Notes under the pieces: model-generated
The model's database searches: none
The model's input: the letters and a program-made list of their open reading frames with translations, nothing else
What the model was told of the DNA's origin: nothing
NCBI GenBank assembly: GCA_905182325.1
Contig: CAJJBD010000004.1
Location: 88,474-152,473 of the forward strand
Length of the DNA stretch: 64,000 nt
Direction of reading: 5' to 3'
Origin: an uncultured Planktomarina sp.
GTDB taxonomy: Bacteria > Pseudomonadota > Alphaproteobacteria > Rhodobacterales > Rhodobacteraceae
In this document: positions 21,304 to 30,984 of the stretch, piece after piece
How positions within the stretch are numbered: the first letter of the stretch is position 1
How the letters are laid out: each line of letters begins with the position of its first letter
Program-made: the position numbers and the translations under genes

Positions 21304-22272
21304 ATGCGCTTAAGACTTGTAAAAGAGAATACTGCATTCGATTTTTTTAAAAGATGGAAAATTTGGGTAGGTTTGTCTACAGTTTTGGTAGGTTTGTCTA
21401 TTGTGTCGACTTTAAGCATGAGTTTAAACTTTGGGATAGACTTTAAGGGTGGAACTACCATTAGAGCAGAAAGTGGTCAGGCAATAGATGTAGCAGCCTA
21501 TCGTTCTGCTTTAGAACCCTTAGGGTTGGGTGACATTTCTATCGCTGAGATTTTTGATCCAACTTTCGAAGCGGACCAATACGTTGCGCAAATTCGTATA
21601 CAAGCGCAAGACGAGCAGGAGGCTGTAGCTTCCAATATTGTAGTCAAAGTTCAGGCCGCTCTGCAAGATATAGCACCTGGCATTACATTCCCGTCGGTTG
21701 AGTCCGTAGGTCCCAAAGTCTCTGGTGAGCTAATAAAATCGGCCGCCTGGGCTGTATTCATAGCTATGACCGTTGTGTTGCTATATATTTGGTTGCGATT
21801 TGAATGGCAATTTGCTGTGGGAGCAGTTGGCGCAATTTTACATGACATTATCTTAACAATTGGAGTGTTCTCTGCACTACAAATTAAATTTGATCTTGCG
21901 ATCATTGCAGCTCTTCTCACCATAGTTGGATATTCTCTAAACGATACAGTGGTGGTTTTTGATAGGGTGCGAGAGAACCTTCGGCGCTATAAGAAAAAAG
22001 ACTTAGCAGGGGTCTTGAATCTTTCAATTAACGAGACCCTAAGTCGAACTGTGATGACCTCAGTCACTACACTGTTGGCGTTGGTCTCACTTTTTGTCCT
22101 TGGTGGAGATGTTATACGCGGCTTTGTATTTGCGATGATATGGGGCGTAATAGTAGGCACATACTCTTCCATATTTGTGGCTAGCTCTACGTTGCTATCG
22201 CTTGGAGTGAAACGTGATTGGTCAAAGCCAAACAATACTGATGGTAACCAATTTGCTAACATTGATGCATAA
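21304..22272 (+). CDS. secF: protein translocase subunit SecF
   Basis: GIDFKGG, VGPKVS, GYSLNDTVVVFDRVREN. Confidence 0.96.
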   Translation: MRLRLVKENTAFDFFKRWKIWVGLSTVLVGLSIVSTLSMSLNFGIDFKGGTTIRAESGQAIDVAAYRSALEPLGLGDISIAEIFDPTFEADQYVAQIRIQAQDEQEAVASNIVVKVQAALQDIAPGITFPSVESVGPKVSGELIKSAAWAVFIAMTVVLLYIWLRFEWQFAVGAVGAILHDIILTIGVFSALQIKFDLAIIAALLTIVGYSLNDTVVVFDRVRENLRRYKKKDLAGVLNLSINETLSRTVMTSVTTLLALVSLFVLGGDVIRGFVFAMIWGVIVGTYSSIFVASSTLLSLGVKRDWSKPNNTDGNQFANIDA

Positions 22273-22626
22273 ATGCAATTGAGTGAGATAAATTTTGAAA
22301 ACGGTCGCCCCGTAGATGGTTATGGGCCAAATTTTTTTCGAATAGCAGGAGAAGTTTTCGAGGGGCAGGTTTTGGTATTACCAAATTTTTGTGGTCGCTG
22401 GCTTGGCTTTGAAGACCCAGCACCATTTGTCGACGTGGCCAGTGACTTGGATGTAGTGTTTGTGGGAACCGGTGCACAAATTTGTCAAATCCCTATAATT
22501 TTTAGGAACGCCTTAGAAAATGCTGGAATAGGCGTTGAGATAATGAACTCTCCGACGGCCTGCCGCACCTACAACGTTATGCTTTCGGAAGGTCGGCGCG
22601 TTGGCTTAGCCCTGATCCCGGTCTGA
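22273..22626 (+). CDS. Mth938-like (DUF498) protein
   Basis: DGYG..FFR, VGTG, E.M.SPTACRTYNV.LSEGRRV. Confidence 0.9.
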   Translation: MQLSEINFENGRPVDGYGPNFFRIAGEVFEGQVLVLPNFCGRWLGFEDPAPFVDVASDLDVVFVGTGAQICQIPIIFRNALENAGIGVEIMNSPTACRTYNVMLSEGRRVGLALIPV

Positions 22627-22629
22627 ATA

Positions 22630-23241
22630 GTGTTAGAAGTAGCAAACTTAAGCGTTGGGAGAGGTGGAATATCTCTTCTTAACAACGTAAGTTTTTCTTT
22701 AAAAGCAGGGCAGGGCTTGGTCTTGCGTGGGCCAAATGGTATTGGAAAAACGAGTTTGCTCCGCTCTGTGGCTGGGCTCCAGAGGCCTTTATGCGGAGAT
22801 ATTAGTCTTGATGGGTCCATAGCTTATGCGGCACACGTAGATGGAAATAAGGGACAGTTAACTGTCCGTGAAAATCTGAATTTTTGGGCTGACGTTTATG
22901 GAAGTGAAATGATGGAGGTGGCCCTTATTGCCTTCAAACTTCATGATCTTGGGCAAAGGCCAGCTGCCAATCTGTCTGCAGGCCAACAACGCCGGCTCAG
23001 TTTGGCTCGGATGTTGGTGACAGGTTGCAAGGTTTGGGTAATGGATGAACCTACAGTATCGCTAGACCAGGAAAATACAGCCTTGTTCCGTGTGGCTGTT
23101 GAGCGTCATTTGCAACTGGGTGGGATTGCATTACTGAGCTCACATAGTGAGCTTGAACTAAATACCGAAACTCTTGATCTCGTACAGTTTCGGGCTTCCC
23201 AACGCATTATAGTGTCCGCCTTTGATAAGGCTCTAGAATGA
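22630..23241 (+). CDS. ccmA: heme exporter ATP-binding protein CcmA
   Basis: GPNGIGKT Walker A, LSAGQQRR signature, DEPTVSLD; first gene of ccm cluster. Confidence 0.92.
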   Translation: MLEVANLSVGRGGISLLNNVSFSLKAGQGLVLRGPNGIGKTSLLRSVAGLQRPLCGDISLDGSIAYAAHVDGNKGQLTVRENLNFWADVYGSEMMEVALIAFKLHDLGQRPAANLSAGQQRRLSLARMLVTGCKVWVMDEPTVSLDQENTALFRVAVERHLQLGGIALLSSHSELELNTETLDLVQFRASQRIIVSAFDKALE

Positions 23242-23894
23242 TACAGGTGTTTCGTAGAGACGTAGTGCTGTCCATTAGATCGGGTGGGGGTTTTGGTTTG
23301 GCTTTGATTTTTTTTCTAATAGTAGTAGTTCTTGTGCCGTTTGCCCTGGGTCCGGATCAATCTTTATTAGCTAAAATTGGACCAGGTCTGTTGTGGCTTG
23401 GCGCGCTGCTAGCGTGCCTTTTATCCTTAGATCGTATTTTTGGAATGGACTATGAAGATGGGACCTTAGATCTACTTGCTACCTCTCCGTTACCTTTGGA
23501 AGGTGTTTATTTAGCAAAATCAGCTGCACACTGGCTAACAACAGGCCTACCGATAGCATTGGCGGCTCCAGTATTAGGCGTTCTGTTGAACCTTAACTTT
23601 TATGTCAGTGGAGTGCTGTGTCTTTCACTACTATTGGGCACGCCCACCCTGAGTCTTATTGGTTCATTTGGAGCTACGCTAACACTAGGTGTTAAGAGAG
23701 GGGGCCTTCTCTTGTCACTCCTGGTCTTACCTTTATATATTCCAACGTTAATATTTGGTGCACTAGCGGTTCATGCAGCGGCGTTGGGACATACATTTGA
23801 GGGTCCTTTGATTTTTATTTCAGCAATTTCGTTGGGAGCAATCGCAATCTTACCATTTTTTTCGGCGGCGGCGCTAAGGATTAATTTAAGTTGA
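23238..23894 (+). CDS. ccmB: heme exporter protein CcmB
   Basis: LDRIF..DYEDGTLD, K..AHWL, LVLPLYIP.LIFG. Confidence 0.94.
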   Translation: MIQVFRRDVVLSIRSGGGFGLALIFFLIVVVLVPFALGPDQSLLAKIGPGLLWLGALLACLLSLDRIFGMDYEDGTLDLLATSPLPLEGVYLAKSAAHWLTTGLPIALAAPVLGVLLNLNFYVSGVLCLSLLLGTPTLSLIGSFGATLTLGVKRGGLLLSLLVLPLYIPTLIFGALAVHAAALGHTFEGPLIFISAISLGAIAILPFFSAAALRINLS

Positions 23895-23934
23895 TATGAA
23901 AATTTATTTAAGTAACTTATTTAAGGTCAAGCCT

Positions 23935-24705
23935 ATGAGCATACAATCAGGGATCAAGTATTTTTGGAGTTCCTTTTGGCAATTGGCCAATCCAAAAATT
24001 TTCATGGGTTGGTCAGGCCTATGGTTACCATGGGTAATCGCATGCACGGTAATTTGTCTTAGCACAGGTCTGATTTGGGGATTTTTTTTCACACCAGATG
24101 ATGTTCGCCAGGGTTCGACAGTGAAAATTATTTATTTGCACGTACCGTCAGCGTTGATGGCTATTAATGGCTATTTTCTTATAGTTGTGGGATCTTTGTT
24201 TTGGTTAATACGACGGCAACATGTGTCTGTTTTGGCAGCCAAAGCAGCCGCACCCGTAGGAATGACCATGACGCTAATTGCATTGGCGACAGGTGCAATC
24301 TGGGGCCAACCTATGTGGGGAACTTATTGGGTTTGGGACCCTCGGCTTACCAGCTTTCTAATTTTATTTTTGTTTTATATTGGGTATCTAGCGCTTTGGA
24401 AGGCTATAGAGGATGAGGATAAGGCGGCTGATTTAACTTCAGTTTTAGCTCTTGTTGGAGCAGTATTTGCAGTTCTTAGCCGCTACGCTGTCTTGTTTTG
24501 GAACCAAGGGCTACATCAAGGGACAACAGTAACTATCGCAGATGGAGTAAATCAAGAAAATATATCCAGTGTTTTTTTTCAACCATTACTACTCTCAATG
24601 GTAGGGTTTGGACTTTTGTTTTTTGCATTGCTTTTAGTTGGAACAAGAACAGAGGTGCGGGCGCGTCGATTAAAAGTATTAGAAGCATTTGAAAGGGCGC
24701 ATTGA
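23935..24705 (+). CDS. ccmC: heme exporter protein CcmC
   Basis: WWD motif WGQPMWGTYWVWDPRLT with flanking His (YLHVP, GLHQG); start could be 23896. Confidence 0.94.
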   Translation: MSIQSGIKYFWSSFWQLANPKIFMGWSGLWLPWVIACTVICLSTGLIWGFFFTPDDVRQGSTVKIIYLHVPSALMAINGYFLIVVGSLFWLIRRQHVSVLAAKAAAPVGMTMTLIALATGAIWGQPMWGTYWVWDPRLTSFLILFLFYIGYLALWKAIEDEDKAADLTSVLALVGAVFAVLSRYAVLFWNQGLHQGTTVTIADGVNQENISSVFFQPLLLSMVGFGLLFFALLLVGTRTEVRARRLKVLEAFERAH

Positions 24706-24854
24706 TGCCTGAACTTGGAAAATATGCTACTGAAGTAGCTAGCGCCTATGGGGTGACCTTTTTATTGCTTGTGATTGTTAGTATTTTTTATTGGCAAAAA
24801 TCCCGAATTTTTAAACGAAGATTATTAGCTGTGGAAATGCGAAAGGATGCGTAA
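24705..24854 (+). CDS. ccmD: heme exporter protein CcmD (49 aa; missing from ORF track)
   Basis: MPELGKYATEVASAYGVTFLLLVIVSIFYWQKSRIFKRRLLAVEMRKDA*; overlaps the ccmC stop and ccmG start. Confidence 0.88.
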   Translation: MPELGKYATEVASAYGVTFLLLVIVSIFYWQKSRIFKRRLLAVEMRKDA

Positions 24855-25386
24855 TTCTCTTCTGATACTGCCGTTTTTACTATTTGTAGTTTTTGTTGGA
24901 TTTGCATTTTTAGGCATGAAGCGAGAAGATCCAGATAGTCTTCCAAGCGAATTAATAGGGAAATATGCCCCAGATGTACAACTGCAGCCCTTGGATGGTA
25001 TTACTCCTTTTACTCAAAGTGATTTAGAAAATGGCTCAGTCACATTTGTAAACTTTTGGGCAAGTTGGTGCGCCCCGTGCCGTGCTGAGCATCCCACATT
25101 GATGTGGCTATCAGAGCAAGGAATTTCTGTATTTGGTGTTAACTATAAAGATAGCCCCATAAACGCCAATCGATTTTTGCAAGATTTGGGAAATCCCTTC
25201 AGCATGGGTGGGGCTGACCCAAAGGCTGCAATGGGATTGGATTGGGGTGTTTACGGCCTTCCTGAGACCTTTGTCTTGGGTCCTGACGGCAAAGTTATAT
25301 TACGAGTTACTGGACCCCTTACGCAGCGCAATATGACAGCCCGGGTGCTTCCAGCGTTGAAAGCAGCTGGGATAAGCCTCCGTTAG
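24847..25386 (+). CDS. ccmG: thiol:disulfide interchange protein DsbE/CcmG
   Basis: NFWASWCAPCRAEHP, GVNYKD, WGVYGLPETF. Confidence 0.93.
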   Translation: MRNSLLILPFLLFVVFVGFAFLGMKREDPDSLPSELIGKYAPDVQLQPLDGITPFTQSDLENGSVTFVNFWASWCAPCRAEHPTLMWLSEQGISVFGVNYKDSPINANRFLQDLGNPFSMGGADPKAAMGLDWGVYGLPETFVLGPDGKVILRVTGPLTQRNMTARVLPALKAAGISLR

Positions 25387-25412
25387 GCAATAATAGTACG
25401 TTTTACTATTTT

Positions 25413-28100
25413 TTAAGCAGCTTTGGCGAGTTTTCGAAGTACATAATGGAGAACTCCACCGTTCTCAATGTATTCAATTTCAACTTCTGTATCAATCCTG
25501 CATTTTAATGTAATTTTATGGACAGTCCCATCATTCATTTTAATTTCTGCGGGAACTTCCTGTAACGGTTTCACGCCTTCTAAATCTAAAATAGAGACTG
25601 TTTCATCACCTTTAAGGCCTAAGGTTAACCGACTATCGCCTTTTGTAAATTCAAAAGGAATAACCCCCATCCCAACAAGGTTTGAGCGATGTATCCGCTC
25701 AAAGCTTTCCGCAACCACGGCCTTCACACCCAAAAGTGCTGTGCCTTTCGCTGCCCAATCACGGCTGGAGCCAGCCCCATATTGTTCTCCACCAAATATA
25801 ACTAGAGGGGTGCCGTCTGCTTGATAAGCCATGGCTGCATCATAGATCGCCATTTGACTTCCATCCGGACCCAGTGTGTAACCGCCCTCAACACCATCAA
25901 GCATCTCATTTTTTATACGAATGTTGGCGAATGTGCCGCGCATCATTACCTGATGATTGCCACGTCTGGACCCATAGGAATTGAAGTCACGTGGGCTGAC
26001 CTGCTGTTCAACAAGATACTGCCCGGCAGGCGTAGTCTCTTTGAATGATCCTGCAGGCGAGATGTGGTCAGTTGTAATCATGTCACCTAAAATTGCCATA
26101 ACGTTGGCATCGATAAGGCTGGTAATCTTGTGGGTCTCCATTGTGATGCCTTGGAAATAGGGAGGATTTTGTACGTAGGTTGATGAAACGGGCCAATCAT
26201 ATGTCTTTTGCGTAGTTACTGCTACTCCTTGCCATTTTTCATCACCTTTGAAAACGTCAGCATATTTAGACAGGAAGGCCTCACGGGTGACGGTGGCTTC
26301 AACTATTTCAGCTATCTCTTGTGTGCTGGGCCAGATATCCTTGAGGTAAACGTCGTTACCATTTTTGTCTTGAGCTATTACGTCAGTTGCTAAATTTATG
26401 TCTAAAGTTCCCGCTAATGCATACGCTACTACCAGCGGTGGCGAAGCAAGATAATTAGCTCTAACATCAGGTGAGATACGACCTTCAAAGTTGCGGTTGC
26501 CTGACAGAACAGCTGTTGCCACAAGGTCTCCATCAGAGATTGCAGTTGAAATTTCCTCCTGCAGTGGACCAGAGTTACCTATACAGGTTGCACAGCCATA
26601 ACCAACAAGGTTGAAGCCAATAGAATCTAAATCTTTTTGTAGATCTGCTGCTTCAAGATACGCAGAAACTACCTGTGATCCTGGTGCTAGCGACGTTTTC
26701 ACCCAAGGCTTTCGATTCAGTCCAAGCGCAGCAGCTTTACGCGCCACGAGACCTGCGCCGATCATAACGTATGGATTAGAAGTGTTCGTACAAGACGTAA
26801 TGGAGGCAATAACAACTTTACCAGATTCCATTGAATATGTTTCACCAGAAACATCAACTTTTTTACCCATTGGGCGTTTGAATGTTTTTTCCATCTCACT
26901 TCGAAAAGCATTTTTACCATCAGTCAACGCAACAAAATCCTGTGGTCGTTTAGGCCCTGATATTGCTGGTACGATGGTGCTCATATCGAGGTGAAGCGTA
27001 TTCGTATAAATTGGCGAATAATTATTGTCCCGCCAGAAACCGTTTTCCTTTGCATATGCCTTTACTAATGCAATGCGGGTCTCATCTCGGCCAGTTCCGT
27101 GAAGGTATTTAATCGTTTCGTTATCGATAGGAAAAAACCCACATGTAGCGCCATATTCAGGAGCCATATTAGCAATTGTTGCGCGATCAGCTAATGGTAG
27201 GTTGTCTAGACCTGATCCGTAGAACTCCACAAACTTTCCAACAACGCCATAGGTCCTGAGAAGTTCGACTACTTTCAAAACGAGGTCCGTTCCAGTTGTG
27301 CCCTCTCGCGTTTCACCGGTTAGTTCAAAGCCAATAACCTCAGGGATTAACATTGAAATAGGTTGCCCGAGCATTGCTGCCTCAGCTTCAATTCCGCCTA
27401 CGCCCCACCCCAAAACGGCTACCCCATTTACCATTGTCGTGTGGCTGTCTGTACCAACCAGCGTATCAGGATAGGCAACTTGTTTGCCATTTTGGTCTGT
27501 ATCCAACCAAACTGTTTGTGATAAATACTCAAGATTAACCTGGTGGCAGATTCCTGTTCCTGGAGGGACAACTCGAAAGTTATCAAATGCTGATTGGCCC
27601 CATTTCAGAAACGTATATCGCTCCAGGTTGCGTTCGTATTCGCGGTCCACATTCATTTGAAACGCTCTTGGATTACCAAATTCGTCGATCATAACAGAGT
27701 GATCAATGACGAGATCAACGGGATTTAGCGGATTAATTTTTTCTGGATCTCCGCCTAGAGCTACAATTCCGTCCCGCATTGCTGCTAAATCTACTACGGC
27801 CGGCACCCCCGTAAAATCTTGCATTAAAACACGAGCTGGACGGTACGCTATTTCACGTGGATTTTTGCCTCCACTGGCTCCCCATTCAGCGAACGCTTTT
27901 ATGTCCTCAATTGAAACAGTTTTTCCATCCTCAAAGCGCAACATATTTTCTAAAACCACTTTCAAAACAGCGGGTAGACGGGAAAAGTCTCCTAGTCCTG
28001 CCTCTTGCGCGGCTGGAATTGAATAATAATCAATATTTGTACTTCCGACAGTTAGTGTTCGACGCGTTTTGGCTGTGTCGTTGCCTACAACTACGGTCAT
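25413..28100 (-). CDS. acnA: aconitate hydratase A
   Basis: ARVLMQDFTGVP, SITSCTNTSNP, GYGCATCIGNSG, TTDHISPAG, GSSRDWAAKG; ATG at 28100. Confidence 0.97.
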   Translation of the reverse strand: MTVVVGNDTAKTRRTLTVGSTNIDYYSIPAAQEAGLGDFSRLPAVLKVVLENMLRFEDGKTVSIEDIKAFAEWGASGGKNPREIAYRPARVLMQDFTGVPAVVDLAAMRDGIVALGGDPEKINPLNPVDLVIDHSVMIDEFGNPRAFQMNVDREYERNLERYTFLKWGQSAFDNFRVVPPGTGICHQVNLEYLSQTVWLDTDQNGKQVAYPDTLVGTDSHTTMVNGVAVLGWGVGGIEAEAAMLGQPISMLIPEVIGFELTGETREGTTGTDLVLKVVELLRTYGVVGKFVEFYGSGLDNLPLADRATIANMAPEYGATCGFFPIDNETIKYLHGTGRDETRIALVKAYAKENGFWRDNNYSPIYTNTLHLDMSTIVPAISGPKRPQDFVALTDGKNAFRSEMEKTFKRPMGKKVDVSGETYSMESGKVVIASITSCTNTSNPYVMIGAGLVARKAAALGLNRKPWVKTSLAPGSQVVSAYLEAADLQKDLDSIGFNLVGYGCATCIGNSGPLQEEISTAISDGDLVATAVLSGNRNFEGRISPDVRANYLASPPLVVAYALAGTLDINLATDVIAQDKNGNDVYLKDIWPSTQEIAEIVEATVTREAFLSKYADVFKGDEKWQGVAVTTQKTYDWPVSSTYVQNPPYFQGITMETHKITSLIDANVMAILGDMITTDHISPAGSFKETTPAGQYLVEQQVSPRDFNSYGSRRGNHQVMMRGTFANIRIKNEMLDGVEGGYTLGPDGSQMAIYDAAMAYQADGTPLVIFGGEQYGAGSSRDWAAKGTALLGVKAVVAESFERIHRSNLVGMGVIPFEFTKGDSRLTLGLKGDETVSILDLEGVKPLQEVPAEIKMNDGTVHKITLKCRIDTEVEIEYIENGGVLHYVLRKLAKAA

Positions 28101-28296
28101 GAGAGTCTCCACTTTGGCTTTGAGGGCTACCGTCTGTTAACAGGAGGTTTAAGGCGGTTTCAAGGAAAAGAATAATTAAATGAGTCGATTCTTAAACTAA
28201 ACTGGGAACGCTGTTATTTAGGTAAATATTACTAAGAAAAACTAAACAATTTTTGTTTATGTATTGATTTTAAACGCTACTTTAATATGAGCTGTC

Positions 28297-29220
28297 CTAT
28301 TCTACAAGTTCACTAGCATCTACATTACCTTTGGGATGGTATTTCCACCGGCGGTGGATCCAGAACCAATTCCCAGGGTCTTTTTTAATACGCAATTCAA
28401 GAGACTTAGTTGCTTCCTTAGTCATTGTTAGGGGGTCTGAGTGTTTTATGGGTCTCCCAATTTCGACACTGAAACTTATCGAGTCTGGGTTTCGCATCGA
28501 AAAGTAAGGTAGAAAAAGTGCATTAGATTTCAGGGCAAAGGAGGCTGCTGTTAATGCGGTTCGTGCTGGTTGGCCTAAGAAACTTAGAAATGGCCCATCG
28601 GGCACTGCAAGGTCAATTAGTAAAGCTAAGGTTGCTCCACGTTTCAATGCTCTATAAAAGCCAAGAGTTCCTTTAACACCTGGTAGAAAGACTGGGCCAG
28701 ACCTTCCTTCAATTAGTAGTGTTTTCTGATAGTGATAATCAAAGTATGGATTTGACATTGGTCTTATCAAGCCCCCCACTTTAATTCCGTGTTTATATAA
28801 TGCGGCGCGAAAGGCTTCATGATTTCCGAAATGACCTGAAAAAAATATGACAGGGCGACCATTGGAATGCGCTTTTAAAAGGTTTTCTAGACCATCACCC
28901 CAAAGTTCAATCTTAGGGTTTTGAGCTTGAAATTCAGCTGGATACATATTTTCTAAAAAGGTACGGCCCGCATTATCAAGTACTTGGTTGGCAATTTTAG
29001 ATTTTTGTTTATCCGAAAGATCTGGATAGATTAAATTTAGGTTATTTAAAGTTCGTTTTTTGTATCCAGTTATGTGGCCCAAGGGTCCCCGTAGTAATGC
29101 CCCCATCAGCCTATGACGATATAAATATGGGAGTTGTCTCATACATCGAAAAAATAACATCAGAATTTGGCTGGATAGCCATTCTTTAAATGTTCCAACT
29201 TTATTAGTTGTATCAGTCAT
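28297..29220 (-). CDS. lipid A lauroyl/lysophospholipid acyltransferase (HtrB/LpxL family)
   Basis: SGHFGNHE acyltransferase motif, C-terminal PGNWFWIHRRWK; ATG overlaps the upstream DMT stop. Confidence 0.88.
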   Translation of the reverse strand: MTDTTNKVGTFKEWLSSQILMLFFRCMRQLPYLYRHRLMGALLRGPLGHITGYKKRTLNNLNLIYPDLSDKQKSKIANQVLDNAGRTFLENMYPAEFQAQNPKIELWGDGLENLLKAHSNGRPVIFFSGHFGNHEAFRAALYKHGIKVGGLIRPMSNPYFDYHYQKTLLIEGRSGPVFLPGVKGTLGFYRALKRGATLALLIDLAVPDGPFLSFLGQPARTALTAASFALKSNALFLPYFSMRNPDSISFSVEIGRPIKHSDPLTMTKEATKSLELRIKKDPGNWFWIHRRWKYHPKGNVDASELVE

Positions 29221-30086
29221 TTTTTTATTTTGGCCTCGGCTAGTCTCTCTCGATACCAAACATATACACCCGCACTGACAATAATGATTGCGCCAAGTAA
29301 AGTTATTACATCTGGAATTTCGCCAAAAATTACAATTCCAAAAATAATTGCGAAGAGTAGTCCCGCATATCCAAATGGTGCGATGTCACTGGCTTGTGCT
29401 ATGGCAAGAGCTTGAATGATAAATAAGTGACCAAGAATACCCAATAAAATCAACGCTACTAAAATAGGTATATCGTTGTAAGCAATTGGTTGCCAAAAAA
29501 ATGGAACAATTAGGGATGCAAAACACGACCCAAAAACCCCCTGATAAAACAGAGCCTTCCAGGGCCCATCACCTCTAACAAAACGTGTAGCCAGTGCATA
29601 AATAGTAAAAAAAACTGCCCCAATAAACGGTAGTAACGACAATGTCGTCATTACAGATGTACCAGGTCGGATTAAGATTATTGCGCCAATAAATGCAGCG
29701 ATAATACCAAAAATCCGTCGTTTTCCTATTCGTTCTCTTAGCACTAAAACTGCGCCTAAGGTAACCATCACAGGTGCCACTTGCATTAAAGCAGTCGCAT
29801 CAGCCAAAGGCAGGTAAATTATCGCAAGGAAAAATAGGTAACTACTTACTGTTGTCGAAAAACCCCGCAGTGCATGCAGGCGAAAGTGATTACTACCCAG
29901 CAAAGATTGGCCTGAAATTATAAGAAATAAACCTATTATAATAGCTTGTGAGACGAAACGCAGCCACACAATTTGAGCGACTGGAACAATATGTCCAAGC
30001 ATCTTGGCCATGACATCCATAGATGCCATGCAGAATACCCCTGAAATCATCCATAATGCCCCGCGTTGGGCCATGGTCAATTTCAT
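29217..30086 (-). CDS. DMT/EamA family transporter
   Basis: 10 TM helices, two EamA repeats, LPLADATA, LIRPG, IAPFGY, FGEIPD. Confidence 0.9.
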   Translation of the reverse strand: MKLTMAQRGALWMISGVFCMASMDVMAKMLGHIVPVAQIVWLRFVSQAIIIGLFLIISGQSLLGSNHFRLHALRGFSTTVSSYLFFLAIIYLPLADATALMQVAPVMVTLGAVLVLRERIGKRRIFGIIAAFIGAIILIRPGTSVMTTLSLLPFIGAVFFTIYALATRFVRGDGPWKALFYQGVFGSCFASLIVPFFWQPIAYNDIPILVALILLGILGHLFIIQALAIAQASDIAPFGYAGLLFAIIFGIVIFGEIPDVITLLGAIIIVSAGVYVWYRERLAEAKIKK

Positions 30087-30727
30087 ACTGGCGCTCTTGG
30101 AAGTCCGACACCAATCATACTATCGCGCGTAACCCAATTGGCTAGTAATGTCTCAGACACTCCGTTGGCCTCAGCTGGCTTTGCTGGTAGGACGAGATAT
30201 CGCATGTCTGCGGTACTATCATGCACCCGTACTTGAACATCTGGTGCAATCTCAACGCCAAACTCAGATAAAACCTTGCGTGGTTCAACAACTGTACGCG
30301 ATCGATAAGCCCGCGACTTATACCAATCAGGTGGCAGTCCCAAAAGGTTGCGTGGATAGCAAGAGCATAGGGTACAGACCACAACATTATGCACTGAGTT
30401 AGTATTTTCGACCACAATTAACTGCATTGGTCCTATATCAAAGCCCATATCTCGGGAGGTTTGGCCCGCATTAGTCAGCAGGGCAGCTTTAAACTGAGGG
30501 TCAGTCCAGGCACGCGCAACAATAGTAGCTCCATTAGCAGGGCTGCGGGCATCCATTCTATTGATTTGTTCGTGGACTTGAGAGGCGCTAATATGACCTT
30601 TTTCAATTAATAACTCTCTGACTGCAATTTCCATCACCTGCCAGTAGCTGAGCTTAGTGTCATCATCTGCGCGAAAAGGGTGGCCTGAAGATGATAGTGG
30701 CTCATCATTTTGATGGTCATGCGGCAT
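30083..30727 (-). CDS. nitrile hydratase alpha / thiocyanate hydrolase gamma (ScnC)-like cobalt-binding subunit
   Basis: VVCTLCSCYPR metal-binding motif, ARAWTDP.FK, VHDSTAD.RY.VLP, VTRDSMIG; ATG 30727 overlaps the upstream TAA. Confidence 0.92.
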   Translation of the reverse strand: MPHDHQNDEPLSSSGHPFRADDDTKLSYWQVMEIAVRELLIEKGHISASQVHEQINRMDARSPANGATIVARAWTDPQFKAALLTNAGQTSRDMGFDIGPMQLIVVENTNSVHNVVVCTLCSCYPRNLLGLPPDWYKSRAYRSRTVVEPRKVLSEFGVEIAPDVQVRVHDSTADMRYLVLPAKPAEANGVSETLLANWVTRDSMIGVGLPRAPV

Positions 30728-30984
30728 TATACAGGTTCCAACCAATGAGTGTAAATTTCAGCTTCAATCACATCATCAGGAGTTTCTGCACCATCACCCC
30801 AAACTTCAGCCATGGTAAAGCGCACGCGTACTAAAGCACGCTGCTCTGAGGCAAGGCGATAAGCATTTTGCTCTGGATTATTGAACAAGCCAATTTCACG
30901 CTCAATCTCACCCTGTTTTCCTCGAAGATAGGCTGGTGTTCGGATGTGTCCGGGAGGCCAGTGGCTATGAACGCGCACTTTCAT
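30727..30984 (-). CDS. NHase beta C-terminal (SH3-like) / ScnA-like subunit
   Basis: GHIRTPAYLRGKQGEI, VRF...EVWG, EIYTHWLEP motifs. Confidence 0.87.
   Translation of the reverse strand: MKVRVHSHWPPGHIRTPAYLRGKQGEIEREIGLFNNPEQNAYRLASEQRALVRVRFTMAEVWGDGAETPDDVIEAEIYTHWLEPV

Noticed and set aside
21366-21400. 14-bp direct repeat (ggtaggtttgtcta) in secF
   Set aside because: A small in-frame repeat within a TM helix (VGLS..VGLS) with no evident consequence.
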